A stretch of DNA of 64,000 nucleotides, from assembly GCF_009914755.1 (NCBI RefSeq), contig NC_060927.1; one strand, written 5' to 3'. Positions 16,201 through 31,824 of this stretch are shown in pieces. This stretch comes from the human T2T-CHM13v2.0 reference genome, Homo sapiens. A program made the position numbers and the translations under genes. Positions within the stretch are counted from its first letter, which is position 1. Each line of letters opens with the position of its first letter. The notes beneath the pieces were generated by a model. It was given only the letters and a program-made list of their open reading frames with translations, was not told the origin of the DNA and ran no database searches.

Positions 16201-18678
16201 CTGTACATAAAATATCAAAGTACACCAGATATATATACTATAGTGTACATAAAATATCAAAGTACCCAAACTATACATTATACACTGCACATAAAATATG
16301 AAATTACATCAAATATATATTAGGTACAGAAAATATGAAAGTACATCAAATATAGATTATATACTGTAAATATAATATCAATGTACCCCAAATATATATT
16401 TTATACTCTACATGAAATATCAAAGTTCACAAACCATATATTATATACTGTACATAAAATATCAAAGTACCCAAGGTATATATTCTATACTGTACAAAAA
16501 ATATCAAAGTACCCAAAGCATGTATTATATACTGTACATAAAATATGAAAGTACATCAAATATATATTTTATTCTGTACATAAAATATCAAAGTACACCA
16601 GATATATATTCTATAGTGTACATAAAATATCAAAGTACCCAAACTATACATTATATACTGTACATAAAATATGAAATTACATCAAATATATATTATATTA
16701 GGTACATGAAATTTGAAAGTACATCAAATATAGATTATATACTGTACATAAAATATGAAAGTACCCCAAATATATATTATATACTCTACATGAAATATCA
16801 AAGTTCACAAACTATATATTATATACTGTACATAAAATATCAAAGTACCCAAGGTATATATTCTATACTGTACAAAAAATATCAAAGTATCCAAAGCATG
16901 TATTATATACTGTATATAAAATATGAAAGTACATCAAATATATATTTTATTCTGTACATAAAATATCAAAGTACACCAGATATATATTCTATAGTGTACA
17001 TAAAATATCAAAGTACCCAAACTATACATTATATACTGTACATAAAATATGAAATTACAGCAAATATATATTATATTAGGTACATAAAATATGAAAGTAC
17101 ATCAAATATAGATTATATACTGTACATTAAATACCAAAGTACCCCAAATATATATTTTATACTGTACATGAAATATCAAAGTTCACAAACTATATATTAT
17201 ATACTGTACATAAAATATCAATGTACCCAAGGTATATATTCTATACTGCACAAAAAATATCAAAGTACCCAAAGCATGTATTATATACTGTATATAAAAT
17301 ATGAAAGTACAACAAATATATATTTTATTCTGTACATAAAATATCAAAGTACACCAGATATATATTCTATAGTGTACATAAAATATCAAAGTACCCAAAC
17401 TATACATTATATACTGTACATAAAATATGAAATTACATCAAATATATATTATATTAGGTACATAAAATACGAAAGTACATCAAATATAGATTATATACTG
17501 TACATAAAATATCAAAGTACCCCAATATATATTATATACTGTACATGAAATATCAAAGTTCACAAACTATATATTATGTACTGTACATAAAATATCAAAG
17601 TACCCAAGGTATATATTCTATACTGTACAAAAAATATCAAAGTACCCAAAGCATGTATTATATAATGTACATAAAATATGAAAGTACATCAAATATATAT
17701 TTTATTCTGTACATAAAATATCAAAGTACACCAGATATATATTCTATAGCATACATAAAATATCAAAGTACCCAAACTATACATTATATACTGTACATAA
17801 AATATGAAATTACATCAAATATATATTATATTAGGTAAATGAAATATGAAAGTACATCAAATATAGATTATATACTGTACATAAAATATGAAAGTACCCC
17901 AAATATATATTATATACTCTACATGAAATATCAAAGTTCACAAACCATATATTATATACTGTCCATAAAATATCAAAGTACCCAAGGTATATATTTTATA
18001 CTGTACAAAAAATATCAAAGTACCCAAAGCATGTATTATATACTATACCTAAAATATGAAAGTACATCAAATATATATTTTATTCTGTACATAAAATATC
18101 AAAGTACACCAGATATATATTCTACAGTGTATATAAAATATCAAAGTACCCAAACTATACATTATATACTGTACATAAAATATGAAATTACATCAAATAT
18201 ATATTATATTAGGTACATAAAATATGAAAGTACATGAAGTATAGATTATATACTGTACATAAAATATCAAGGTACCCCAAATTTATATTATATACTATAC
18301 ATGAAATATCAAAGTTCACAAACTATATATTATATACTGTACATAAAATATCAAAGTACCCAAGGTATATATTCTATAGTGTACAAAAAACATCAAAGTA
18401 CCCAAAGCATGTATTATATACCGTACGTAAAATATAAAATTACATCAAATATATATTTTATTCTGTACATAAAATATCAAAGTACACCAGATATATATAC
18501 TATAGTGTACATAAAATATCAAAGTACCCAAACTATACATTATACACTGTACATAAAATATGAAATTACATCAAATATATATTATATTAGGTACAGAAAA
18601 TATGAAAGTACATCAAATATAGATTATATACTGTAAATATAATATCAATGTACCCCAAATATATATTTTATACTCTAC
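3487..18678. repeat. Three tandem copies of a 5064-bp, 13-unit block (3487-8550, 8551-13614, 13615-18678)
   Basis: Every landmark recurs at +5064 (e.g. 4241/9305/14369, 6284/11348/16412, 8173/13237/18301). Unit lengths sum exactly: 8x378 + 3x377 + 536 + 373 = 5064. Confidence 0.95.
4241..4776. repeat. 536-bp 13-monomer structural variant unit (first of 15 copies)
   Basis: Monomer order 1-2-3-4-5-6-7(del5)-4-5-6'-7(del5)-8-9; 378+168-10 = 536. Copies start at 4241, 9305, 14369, 23207, 29782, 46273, 47186, 49565, 50478, 52519, 55311, 56602, 57893, 60555 and 61846. Confidence 0.92.
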
Positions 18679-19811
18679 ATGAAATATCAAAGTTCACAAA
18701 CCATATATTATATACTGTACATAAAATATCAAAGTACCCAAGGTATATATTCTATACTGTACAAAAAATATCAAAGTACCCAAAGCATGTATTATATACT
18801 GTACATAAAATATGAAAGTACATCAAATATATATTTTATTCTGTACACAAAATATCAAAGTACACCAGATATATATTCTATAGTGTACATAAAATATCAA
18901 AGTACCCAAACTATACATTATATACTGTACATAAAATATGAAATTACATCAAATATATATTATATTAGGTAAATGAAATATGAAAGTACATCAAATATGG
19001 ATTATATACTGTACATAAAATATCAAAGTACCCCAAATATATATTATATACTCTACATGAAATATCAAAGTTCGCAAACTATATATTATATACTGTACAT
19101 AAAATATCAAAGTACCCAATGTATATATTCTATACTGTACAAAAAATATCAAAGTATCCAAAGCATGTATTATATACTGTATATAAAATATGAAAGTACA
19201 TCAAATATATATTTTATTCTGTACATAAAATATCAAAGTACACCAGATATATATTCTATAGTGTACATAAAATATCAAAGTACCCAAACTATACATTATA
19301 TACTGTACATAAAATATGAAATTACAGCAAATATATATTATATTAGGTACATAAAATATGAAAGTACATCAAATATAGACTATATACTCTACATTAAATA
19401 CCAAAGTACCCCAAATATATATTTTATACTGTACATGAAATATCAAAGTTCAGAAACTATATATTATATACTGTACATAAAATATCAATGTACCCAAGGT
19501 ATATATTCTATACTGCACAAAAAATATCAAAGTACCCAAAGCATGTATTATATACTGTATATAAAATATGAAAGTACATCAAATATATATTTTATTCTGT
19601 ACATAAAATATCAAAGTACACCAGATATATATTCTATAGTGTACATAAAATATCAAAGTACCCAAACTATACATTATATACTGTACATAAAATATGAAAT
19701 TACATCAAATATATATTATATTAGGTACATAAAATACGAAAGTATATCAAATATAGATTATATACTGTACATAAAATATGAAAGTACCCCAATATATATT
19801 ATATACTCTAC

Positions 19812-22074
19812 ATGAAATATCAAAGTTCACAAACTATATATTATGTACTGTACATAAAATATCAAACTACCCAAGGTATATATTCTATACTGTACAAAAA
19901 ATATCAAAGTACCCAAAGCATGTATTATATAATGTACATAAAATATGAAAGTACATCAAATATATATTTTATTCTGTACATAAAATATCAAAGAACACCA
20001 GATATATATTCTATAGTGTACATAAAATATCAAAGTACCCAAACTATACATTATATACTGTACATAAAATATGAAATTACATCAAATATATATTATATTA
20101 GGTACATAAAATATGAAAGTACATCAAATATAGATTATATACTGTAAATATAATATCAATGTACCCCAAATATATATTTTATACTCTACATGAAATATCA
20201 AAGTTCACAAACCATATATTATATACTGTACATAAAATATCAAAGTACCCAAGGTATATATTCTATACTGTACAAAAAATATCAAAGTACCCAAAGCATG
20301 TATTATATACTATACCTAAAATATGAAAGTACATCAAATATATATTTTATTCTGTACATAAAATATCAAAGTACACCAGATATATATTCTACAGTGTACA
20401 TAAAATATCAAAGTACCCAAACTATACATTATATACTGTACATAAAATATGAAATTACATCAAATATATATTATATTAGGTACATAAAATACGAAAGTAC
20501 ATCAAATATAGATTATATACTGTACATAAAATATCAAAGTACCCCAATATATATTATATACTGTACATGAAATATCAAAGTTCACAAACTATATATTATG
20601 TACTGTACATAAAATATCAAAGTACCCAAGGTATATATTCTATACTGTACAAAAAATATCAAAGTACCCAAAGCATGTATTATATAATGTACATAAAATA
20701 TGAAAGTACATCAAATATATATTTTATTCTGTACATAAAATATCAAAGTACACCAGATATATATTCTATAGCGTACATAAAATATCAAAGTACCCAAACT
20801 ATACATTATATACTGTACATAAAATATGAAATTACATCAAATATATATTATATTAGGTACATAAAATACGAAAGTACATCAAATATAGATTATATACTGT
20901 ACATAAAATATCAAAGTACCCCAATATATATTATATACTGTACATGAAATATCAAAGTTCACAAACTATATATTATGTACTGTACATAAAATATCAAAGT
21001 ACCCAAGGTATATATTCTATACTGTACAAAAAATATCAAAGTACCCAAAGCATGTATTATATAATGTACATAAAATATGAAAGTACATCAAATATATATT
21101 TTATTCTGTACATAAAATATCAAAGTACACCAGATATATATTCTATAGCGTACATAAAATATCAAAGTACACAAACTATACATTATATACTGTACATAAA
21201 ATATGAAATTACATCAAATATATATTATATTAGGTACATAAAATACGAAAGTACATCAAATATAGATTATATACTGTACATAAAATATCAAAGTACCCCA
21301 ATATATATTATATACTGTACATGAAATATCAAAGTTCACAAACTATATATTATGTACTGTACATAAAATATCAAAGTACCCAAGGTATATATTCTATACT
21401 GTACAAAAAATATCAAAGTACCCAAAGCATGTATTATATAATGTACATAAAATATGAAAGTACATCAAATATATATTTTATTCTGTACATAAAATATCAA
21501 AGTACACCAGATATATATTCTACAGTGTACATAAAATATCAAAGTACCCAAACTATACATTATATACTGTACATAAAATATGAAATTACATCAAATATAT
21601 ATTATATTAGGTACATAAAATACGAAAGTACATCAAATATAGATTATATACTGTACATAAAATATCAAAGTACCCCAATATATATTATATACTGTACATG
21701 AAATATCAAAGTTCACAAACTATATATTATGTACTGTACATAAAATATCAAAGTACCCAAGGTATATATTCTATACTGTACAAAAAATATCAAAGTACCC
21801 AAAGCATGTATTATATAATGTACATAAAATATGAAAGTACATCAAATATATATTTTATTCTGTACATAAAATATCAAAGTACACCAGATATATATTCTAT
21901 AGCGTACATAAAATATCAAAGTACACAAACTATACATTATATACTGTACATAAAATATGAAATTACATCAAATATATATTATATTAGGTACATAAAATAC
22001 GAAAGTACATCAAATATAGATTATATACTGTACATAAAATATGAAAGTACCCCAATATATATTATATACTCTAC
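19812..22074. repeat. 2263-bp expansion containing a run of five consecutive 377-bp units
   Basis: Unit starts 20190, 20567, 20944, 21321, 21698 and 22075 are all 377 apart (ccccaatata, 1-bp deletion in monomer 9). The caaactaccc unit repeats at 19812 and 22075. Confidence 0.85.
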
Positions 22075-25000
22075 ATGAAATATCAAAGTTCACAAACTAT
22101 ATATTATGTACTGTACATAAAATATCAAACTACCCAAGGTATATATTCTATACTGTACAAAAAATATCAAAGTACCCAAAGCACGTATTATATAATGTAC
22201 ATAAAATATGAAAGTACATCAAATATATATTTTATTCTGTACATAAAATATCAAAGAACACCAGATATATATTCTATAGTGTACATAAAATATCAAAGTA
22301 CCCAAACTATACATTATATACTGTACATAAAATATGAAATTACATCAAATATATATTATATTAGGTACATAAAATATGAAAGTACATCAAATATAGATTA
22401 TATACTGTAAATATAATATCAATGTACCCCAAATATATATTTTATACTCTACATGAAATATCAAAGTTCACAAACCATATATTATATACTGTACATAAAA
22501 TATCAAAGTACCCAAGGTATATATTCTATACTGTACAAAAAATATCAAAGTACCCAAAGCATGTATTATATACTATACCTAAAATATGAAAGTACATCAA
22601 ATATATATTTTATTCTGTACATAAAATATCAAAGTACACCAGATATATATTCTACAGTGTACATAAAATATCAAAGTACCCAAACTATACATTATATACT
22701 GTACATAAAATATGAAATTACATCAAATATATATTATATTAGGTACATAAAATACGAAAGTACATCAAATATAGATTATATACTGTACATAAAATATCAA
22801 AGTACCCCAATATATATTATATACTGTACATGAAATATCAAAGTTCACAAACTATATATTATGTACTGTACATAAAATATCAAAGTACCCAAGGTATATA
22901 TTCTATACTGTACAAAAAATATCAAAGTACCCAAAGCATGTATTATATAATGTACATAAAATATGAAAGTACATCAAATATATATTTTATTCTGTACATA
23001 AAATATCAAAGTACACCAGATATATATTCTATAGCGTACATAAAATATCAAAGTACACAAACTATACATTATATACTGTACATAAAATATGAAATTACAT
23101 CAAATATATATTATATTAGGTACATAAAATACGAAAGTACATCAAATATAGATTATATACTGTACATAAAATATCAAAGTACCCCAATATATATTATATA
23201 CTGTACATGAAATATCAAAGTTCACAAACTATATATTATGTACTGTACATAAAATATCAAAGTACCCAAGGTATATATTCTATACTGTACAAAAAATATC
23301 AAAGTACCCAAAGCATGTATTATATAATGTACATAAAATATGAAAGTACATCAAATATATATTTTATTCTGTACATAAAATATCAAAGAACACCAGATAT
23401 ATATTCTATAGTGTACATAAAATATCAAAGTACCCAAACTATACATTATATACTGTACATAAAATATGAAATTACATCATATATATATTAGGTACATAAA
23501 ATATGAAAGTACATCAAATATATATTTTATTCTGTACATAAAATATCAAAGTACACCAGATATATATTCTATAGTGTACATAAAATAACAAAGTACACAA
23601 ACTATAAATTATATAGTGTACATAAAATATGAAATTACATCAAATATATATTAGGTACATAAAATATGAAAGTACATCAAATATAGATTATATACTGTAC
23701 ATATAATATCAATGTACCCGAAATATATATTTTATACTCTACATGAAATATCAAAGTTCACAAACCATATATTGTATACTGCACATAAAATATCAAAATA
23801 CCCAAGGTATATATTCTATACTGTACAAAAAATATCAAAGTACCCAAAGCAGGTATTATATACTGTACATAAAATATGAAAGTACATCAAATATATATTT
23901 TATTCTGTACATAAAATATCAAAGTACACCAGATATATATTCTATAGTGTACATAAAATATCAAAGTACACAAACTATACATTATATACTGTACATAAAA
24001 TATGAAATTACATCAAATATATATTATATTAGGTACATAAAATATGAAAGTACATCAAATATAGATTATATACTGTAAATATAATATCAATGTACCCCAA
24101 ATATATATTTTATACTCTACATGAAATATCAAAGTTCACAAACCATATATTATATACTGTACATAAAATATCAAAGTACCCAAGGTATATATTCTATACT
24201 GTACAAAAAATATCAAAGTACCCAAAGCATGTATTATATACTGTACATAAAATATGAAAGTACATCAAATATATATTTTATTCTGTACATAAAATATCAA
24301 AGTACACCAGATATATATTCTATAGCGTACATAAAATATCAAAGTACCCAAACTATACATTATATACTGTACATAAAATATGAAATTACATCAAATATAT
24401 ATTATATTAGGTAAATGAAATATGAAAGTACATCAAATATAGATTATATACTGTACATAAAATATGAAAGTACCCCAAATATATATTATATACTCTACAT
24501 GAAATATCAAAGTTCACAAACCATATATTATATACTGTCCATAAAATATCAAAGTACCCAAGGTATATATTTTATACTGTACAAAAAATATCAAAGTACC
24601 CAAAGCATGTATTATATACTATACCTAAAATATGAAAGTACATCAAATATATATTTTATTCTGTACATAAAATATCAAAGTACACCAGATATATATTCTA
24701 CAGTGTATATAAAATATCAAAGTACCCAAACTATACATTATATACTGTACATAAAATATGAAATTACATCAAATATATATTATATTAGGTACATAAAATA
24801 TGAAAGTACATGAAGTATAGATTATATACTGTACATAAAATATCAAAGTACCCCAAATTTATATTATATACTATACATGAAATATCAAAGTTCACAAACT
24901 ATATATTATATACTGTACATAAAATATCAAAGTACCCAAGGTATATATTCTATAGTGTACAAAAAATATCAAAGTACCCAAAGCATGTATTATATACCGT

Positions 25001-28000
25001 ACGTAAAATATAAAATTACATCAAATATATATTTTATTCTGTACATAAAATATCAAAGTACACCAGATATATATACTATAGTGTACATAAAATATCAAAG
25101 TACCCAAACTATACATTATACACTGCACATAAAATATGAAATTACATCAAATATATATTAGGTACAGAAAATATGAAAGTACATCAAATATAGATTATAT
25201 ACTGTAAATATAATATCAATGTACCCCAAATATATATTTTATACTCTACATGAAATATCAAAGTTCACAAACCACATATTATATACTGTACATAAAATAT
25301 CAAAGTACCCAAGGTATATATTCTATACTGTACAAAAAATATCAAAGTACCCAAAGCATGTATTATATACTGTACATAAAATATGAAAGTACATCAAATA
25401 TATATTTTATTCTGTACATAAAATATCAAAGTACACCAGATATATATTCTATAGTGTACATAAAATATCAAAGTACCCAAACTATACATTATATACTGTA
25501 CATAAAATATGAAATTACATCAAATATATATTATATTAGGTACATGAAATTTGAAAGTACATCAAATATAGATTATATACTGTACATAAAATATGAAAGT
25601 ACCCCAAATATATATTATATACTCTACATGAAATATCAAAGTTCACAAACTATATATTATGTACTGTACATAAAATATCAAAGTACCCAAGGTATATATT
25701 CTATACTGTACAAAAAATATCAAAGTATCCAAAGCATGTATTATATACTGTATATAAAATATGAAAGTACATCAAATATATATTTTATTCTGTACATAAA
25801 ATATCAAAGTACACCAGATATATATTCTATAGTGTACATAAAATATCAAAGTACCCAAACTATACATTATATACTGTACATAAAATATGAAATTACAGCA
25901 AATATATATTATATTAGGTACATAAAATATGAAAGTACATCAAATATAGATTATATACTGTACATTAAATACCAAAGTACCCCAAATATATATTTTATAC
26001 TGTACATGAAATATCAAAGTTCACAAACTATATATTATATACTGTACATAAAATATCAATGTACCCAAGGTATATATTCTATACTGCACAAAAAATATCA
26101 AAGTACCCAAAGCATGTATTATATACTGTATATAAAATATGAAAGTACATCAAATATATATTTTATTCTGTACATAAAATATCAAAGTACACCAGATATA
26201 TATTCTATAGTGTACATAAAATATCAAAGTAACCAAACTATACATTATATACTGTACATAAAATATGAAATTACATCAAATATATATTATATTAGGTACA
26301 TAAAATACGAAAGTACATCAAATATAGATTATATACTGTACATAAAATATCAAAGTACCCCAATATATATTATATACTGTACATGAAATATCAAAGTTCA
26401 CAAACTATATATTATGTACTGTACATAAAATATCAAAGTACCGAAGGTATATATTCTATACTGTACAAAAAATATCAAAGTACCCAAAGCATGTATTATA
26501 TAATGTACATAAAATATGAAAGTACATCAAATATATATTTTATTCTGTACATAAAATATCAAAGTACACCAGATATATATTCTATAGCATACATAAAATA
26601 TCAAAGTACCCAAACTATACATTATATACTGTACATAAAATATGAAATTACATCAAATATATATTATATTAGGTAAATGAAATATGAAAGTACATCAAAT
26701 ATAGATTATATACTGTACATAAAATATGAAAGTACCCCAAATATATATTATATACTCTACATGAAATATCAAAGTTCACAAACTATATATTATATACTGT
26801 ACATAAAATATCAATGTACCCAAGGTATATATTCTATACTGCACAAAAAATATCAAAGTACCCAAAGCATGTATTATATACTGTATATAAAATATGAAAG
26901 TACATCAAATATATATTTTATTCTGTATATAAAATATCAAAGTACACCAGATATATATTCTACAGTGTATATAAAATATCAAAGTACCCAAACTATACAT
27001 TATATACTGTACATAAAATATGAAATTACATCAAATATATATTATATTAGGTACATAAAATATGAAAGTACATGAAGTATAGATTATATACTGTACATAA
27101 AATATCAAAGTACCCCAAATTTATATTATATACTATACATGAAATATCAAAGTTCACAAACTATATATTATATACTGTACATAAAATATCAAAGTACCCA
27201 AGGTATATATTCTATAGTGTACAAAAAACATCAAAGTACCCAAAGCATGTATTATATACCGTACGTAAAATATAAAATTACATCAAATATATATTTTATT
27301 CTCTACATAAAATATCAAAGTACACCAGATATATATACTATAGTGTACATAAAATATCAAAGTACACAAACTATACATTATACACTGTACATAAAATATG
27401 AAATTACATCAAATATATATTATATTAGGTACAGAAAATATGAAAGTACATCAAATATAGATTATATACTGTAAATATAATATCAATGTACCCCAAATAT
27501 ATATTTTATACTCTACATGAAATATCAAAGTTCACAAACCATATAATATATACTGTACATAAAATATCAAAGTACCCAAGGTATATATTCTATACTGTAC
27601 AAAAAATATCAAAGTACCCAAAGCATGTATTATATACTGTACATAAAATATGAAAGTACATCAAATATATATTTTATTCTGTACACAAAATATCAAAGTA
27701 CACCAGATATATATTCTATAGTGTACATAAAATATCAAAGTACCCAAACTATACATTATATACTGTACATAAAATATGAAATTACATCAAATATATATTA
27801 TATTAGGTAAATGAAATATGAAAGTACATCAAATATAGATTATATACTGTACATAAAATATCAAAGTACCCCAAATATATATTATATACTCTACATGAAA
27901 TATCAAAGTTCGCAAACTATATATTATATACTGTACATAAAATATCAAAGTACCCAAGGTATATATTCTATACTGTACAAAAAATATCAAAGTATCCAAA

Positions 28001-31000
28001 GCATGTATTATATACTGTATATAAAATATGAAAGTACATCAAATATATATTTTATTCTGTACATAAAATATCAAAGTACACCAGATATATATTCTATAGT
28101 GTACATAAAATATCAAAGTACCCAAACTATACATTATATACTGTACATAAAATATGAAATTACAGCAAATATATATTATATTAGGTACATAAAATATGAA
28201 AGTACATCAAATATAGACTATATACTCTACATTAAATACCAAAGTACCCCAAATATATATTTTATACTGTACATGGAATATCAAAGTTCACAAACTATAT
28301 ATTATATACTGTACATAAAATATCAATGTACCCAAGGTATATATTCTATACTGCACAAAAAATATCAAAGTACCCAAAGCATGTATTATATACTGTATAT
28401 AAAATATGAAAGTACATCAAATATATATTTTATTCTGTACATAAAATATCAAAGTACACCAGATATATATTCTATAGTGTACATAAAATATCAAAGTACC
28501 CAAACTATACATTATATACTGTACATAAAATATGAAATTACATCAAATATATATTATATTAGGTACATAAAATACGAAAGTACATCAAATATAGATTATA
28601 TACTGTACATAAAATATGAAAGTACCCCAATATATATTATATACTCTACATGAAATATCAAAGTTCACAAACTATATATTATGTACTGTACATAAAATAT
28701 CAAACTACCCAAGGTATATATTCTATACTGTACAAAAAATATCAAAGTACCCAAAGCATGTATTATATAATGTACATAAAATATGAAAGTACATCAAATA
28801 TATATTTTATTCTGTACATAAAATATCAAAGAACACCAGATATATATTCTATAGTGTACATAAAATATCAAAGTACCCAAACTATACATTATATACTGTA
28901 CATAAAATATGAAATTACATCAAATATATATTATATTAGGTACATAAAATATGAAAGTACATCAAATATAGATTATATACTGTAAATATAATATCAATGT
29001 ACCCCAAATATATATTTTATACTCTATATGAAATATCAAAGTTCACAAACCATATATTATATACTGTACATAAAATATCAAAGTACCCAAGGTATATATT
29101 CTATACTGTACAAAAAATATCAAAGTACCCAAAGCATGTATTATATACTATACCTAAAATATGAATGTACATCAAATATATATTTTATTCTGTACATAAA
29201 ATATCAAAGTACACCAGATATATATTCTACAGTGTACATAAAATATCAAAGTACCCAAACTATACATTATATACTGTACATAAAATATGAAATTACATCA
29301 AATATATATTATATTAGGTACATAAAATACGAAAGTACATCAAATATAGATTATATACTGTACATAAAATATCAAAGTACCCCAATATATATTATATACT
29401 GTACATGAAATATCAAAGTTCACAAACTATATATTATGTACTGTACATAAAATATCAAAGTACCCAAGGTATATATTCTATACTGTACAAAAAATATCAA
29501 AGTACCCAAAGCATGTATTATATAATGTACATAAAATATGAAAGTACATCAAATATATATTTTATTCTGTACATAAAATATCAAAGTACACCAGATATAT
29601 ATTCTATAGCGTACATAAAATATCAAAGTACACAAACTATACATTATATACTGTACATAAAATATGAAATTACATCAAATATATATTATATTAGGTACAT
29701 AAAATACGAAAGTACATCAAATATAGATTATATACTGTACAAAAAATATCAAAGTACCCCAATATATATTATATACTGTACATGAAATATCAAAGTTCAC
29801 AAACTATATATTATGTACTGTACATAAAATATCAAAGTACCCAAGGTATATATTCTATACTGTACAAAAAATATCAAAGTACCCAAAGCATGTATTATAT
29901 AATGTACATAAAATATGAAAGTACATCAAATATATATTTTATTCTGTACATAAAATATCAAAGAACACCAGATATATATTCTATAGTGTACATAAAATAT
30001 CAAAGTACCCAAACTATACATTATATACTGTACATAAAATATGAAATTACATCATATATATATTAGGTACATAAAATATGAAAGTACATCAAATATATAT
30101 TTTATTCTGTACATAAAATATCAAAGTACACCAGATATATATTCTATAGTGTACATAAAATAACAAAGTACACAAACTATAAATTATATAGTGTACATAA
30201 AATATGAAATTACATCAAATATATATTAGGTACATAAAATATGAAAGTACATCAAATATAGATTATATACTGTACATATAATATCAATGTACCCGAAATA
30301 TATATTTTATACTCTACATGAAATATCAAAGTTCACAAACCATATATTGTATACTGCACATAAAATATCAAAATACCCAAGGTATATATTCTATACTGTA
30401 CAAAAAATATCAAAGTACCCAAAGCAGGTATTATATACTGTACATAAAATATGAAAGTACATCAAATATATATTTTATTCTGTACATAAAATATCAAAGT
30501 ACACCAGATATATATTCTATAGCGTACATAAAATATCAAAGTACACAAACTATACATTATATACTGTACATAAAATATGAAATTACATCAAATATATATT
30601 ATATTAGGTACATAAAATATGAAAGTACATCAAATATAGATTATATACTGTAAATATAATATCAATGTACCCCAAATATATATTTTATACTCTACATGAA
30701 ATATCAAAGTTCACAAACCATATATTATATACTGTACATAAAATATCAAAGTACCCAAGGTATATATTCTATACTGTACAAAAAATATCAAAGTACCCAA
30801 AGCATGTATTATATACTGTACATAAAATATGAAAGTACATCAAATATATATTTTATTCTGTACATAAAATATCAAAGTACACCAGATATATATTCTATAG
30901 CGTACATAAAATATCAAAGTACCCAAACTATACATTATATACTGTACATAAAATATGAAATTACATCAAATATATATTATATTAGGTAAATGAAATATGA

Positions 31001-31824
31001 AAGTACATCAAATATAGATTATATACTGTACATAAAATATGAAAGTACCCCAAATATATATTATATACTCTACATGAAATATCAAAGTTCACAAACCATA
31101 TATTATATACTGTCCATAAAATATCAAAGTACCCAAGGTATATATTTTATACTGTACAAAAAATATCAAAGTACCCAAAGCATGTATTATATACTATACC
31201 TAAAATATGAAAGTACATCAAATATATATTTTATTCTGTACATAAAATATCAAAGTACACCAGATATATATTCTACAGTGTATATAAAATATCAAAGTAC
31301 CCAAACTATACATTATATACTGTACATAAAATATGAAATTACATCAAATATATATTATATTAGGTACATAAAATATGAAAGTACATGAAGTATAGATTAT
31401 ATACTGTACATAAAATATCAAAGTACCCCAAATTTATATTATATACTATACATGAAATATCAAAGTTCACAAACTATATATTATATACTGTACATAAAAT
31501 ATCAAAGTACCCAAGGTATATATTCTATAGTGTACAAAAAACATCAAAGTACCCAAAGCATGTATTATATACCGTACGTAAAATATAAAATTACATCAAA
31601 TATATATTTTATTCTGTACATAAAATATCAAAGTACACCAGATATATATACTATAGTGTACATAAAATATCAAAGTACCCAAACTATACATTATACACTG
31701 CACATAAAATATGAAATTACATCAAATATATATTAGGTACAGAAAATATGAAAGTACATCAAATATAGATTATATACTGTAAATATAATATCAATGTACC
31801 CCAAATATATATTTTATACTCTAC

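Noticed and set aside
7055-17407. Three identical 74-aa - strand ORFs (7055, 12119, 17183)
   Set aside because: They are created by a single SNV (acatca>acaaca) that removes a TGA and was copied by the 5064-bp triplication.
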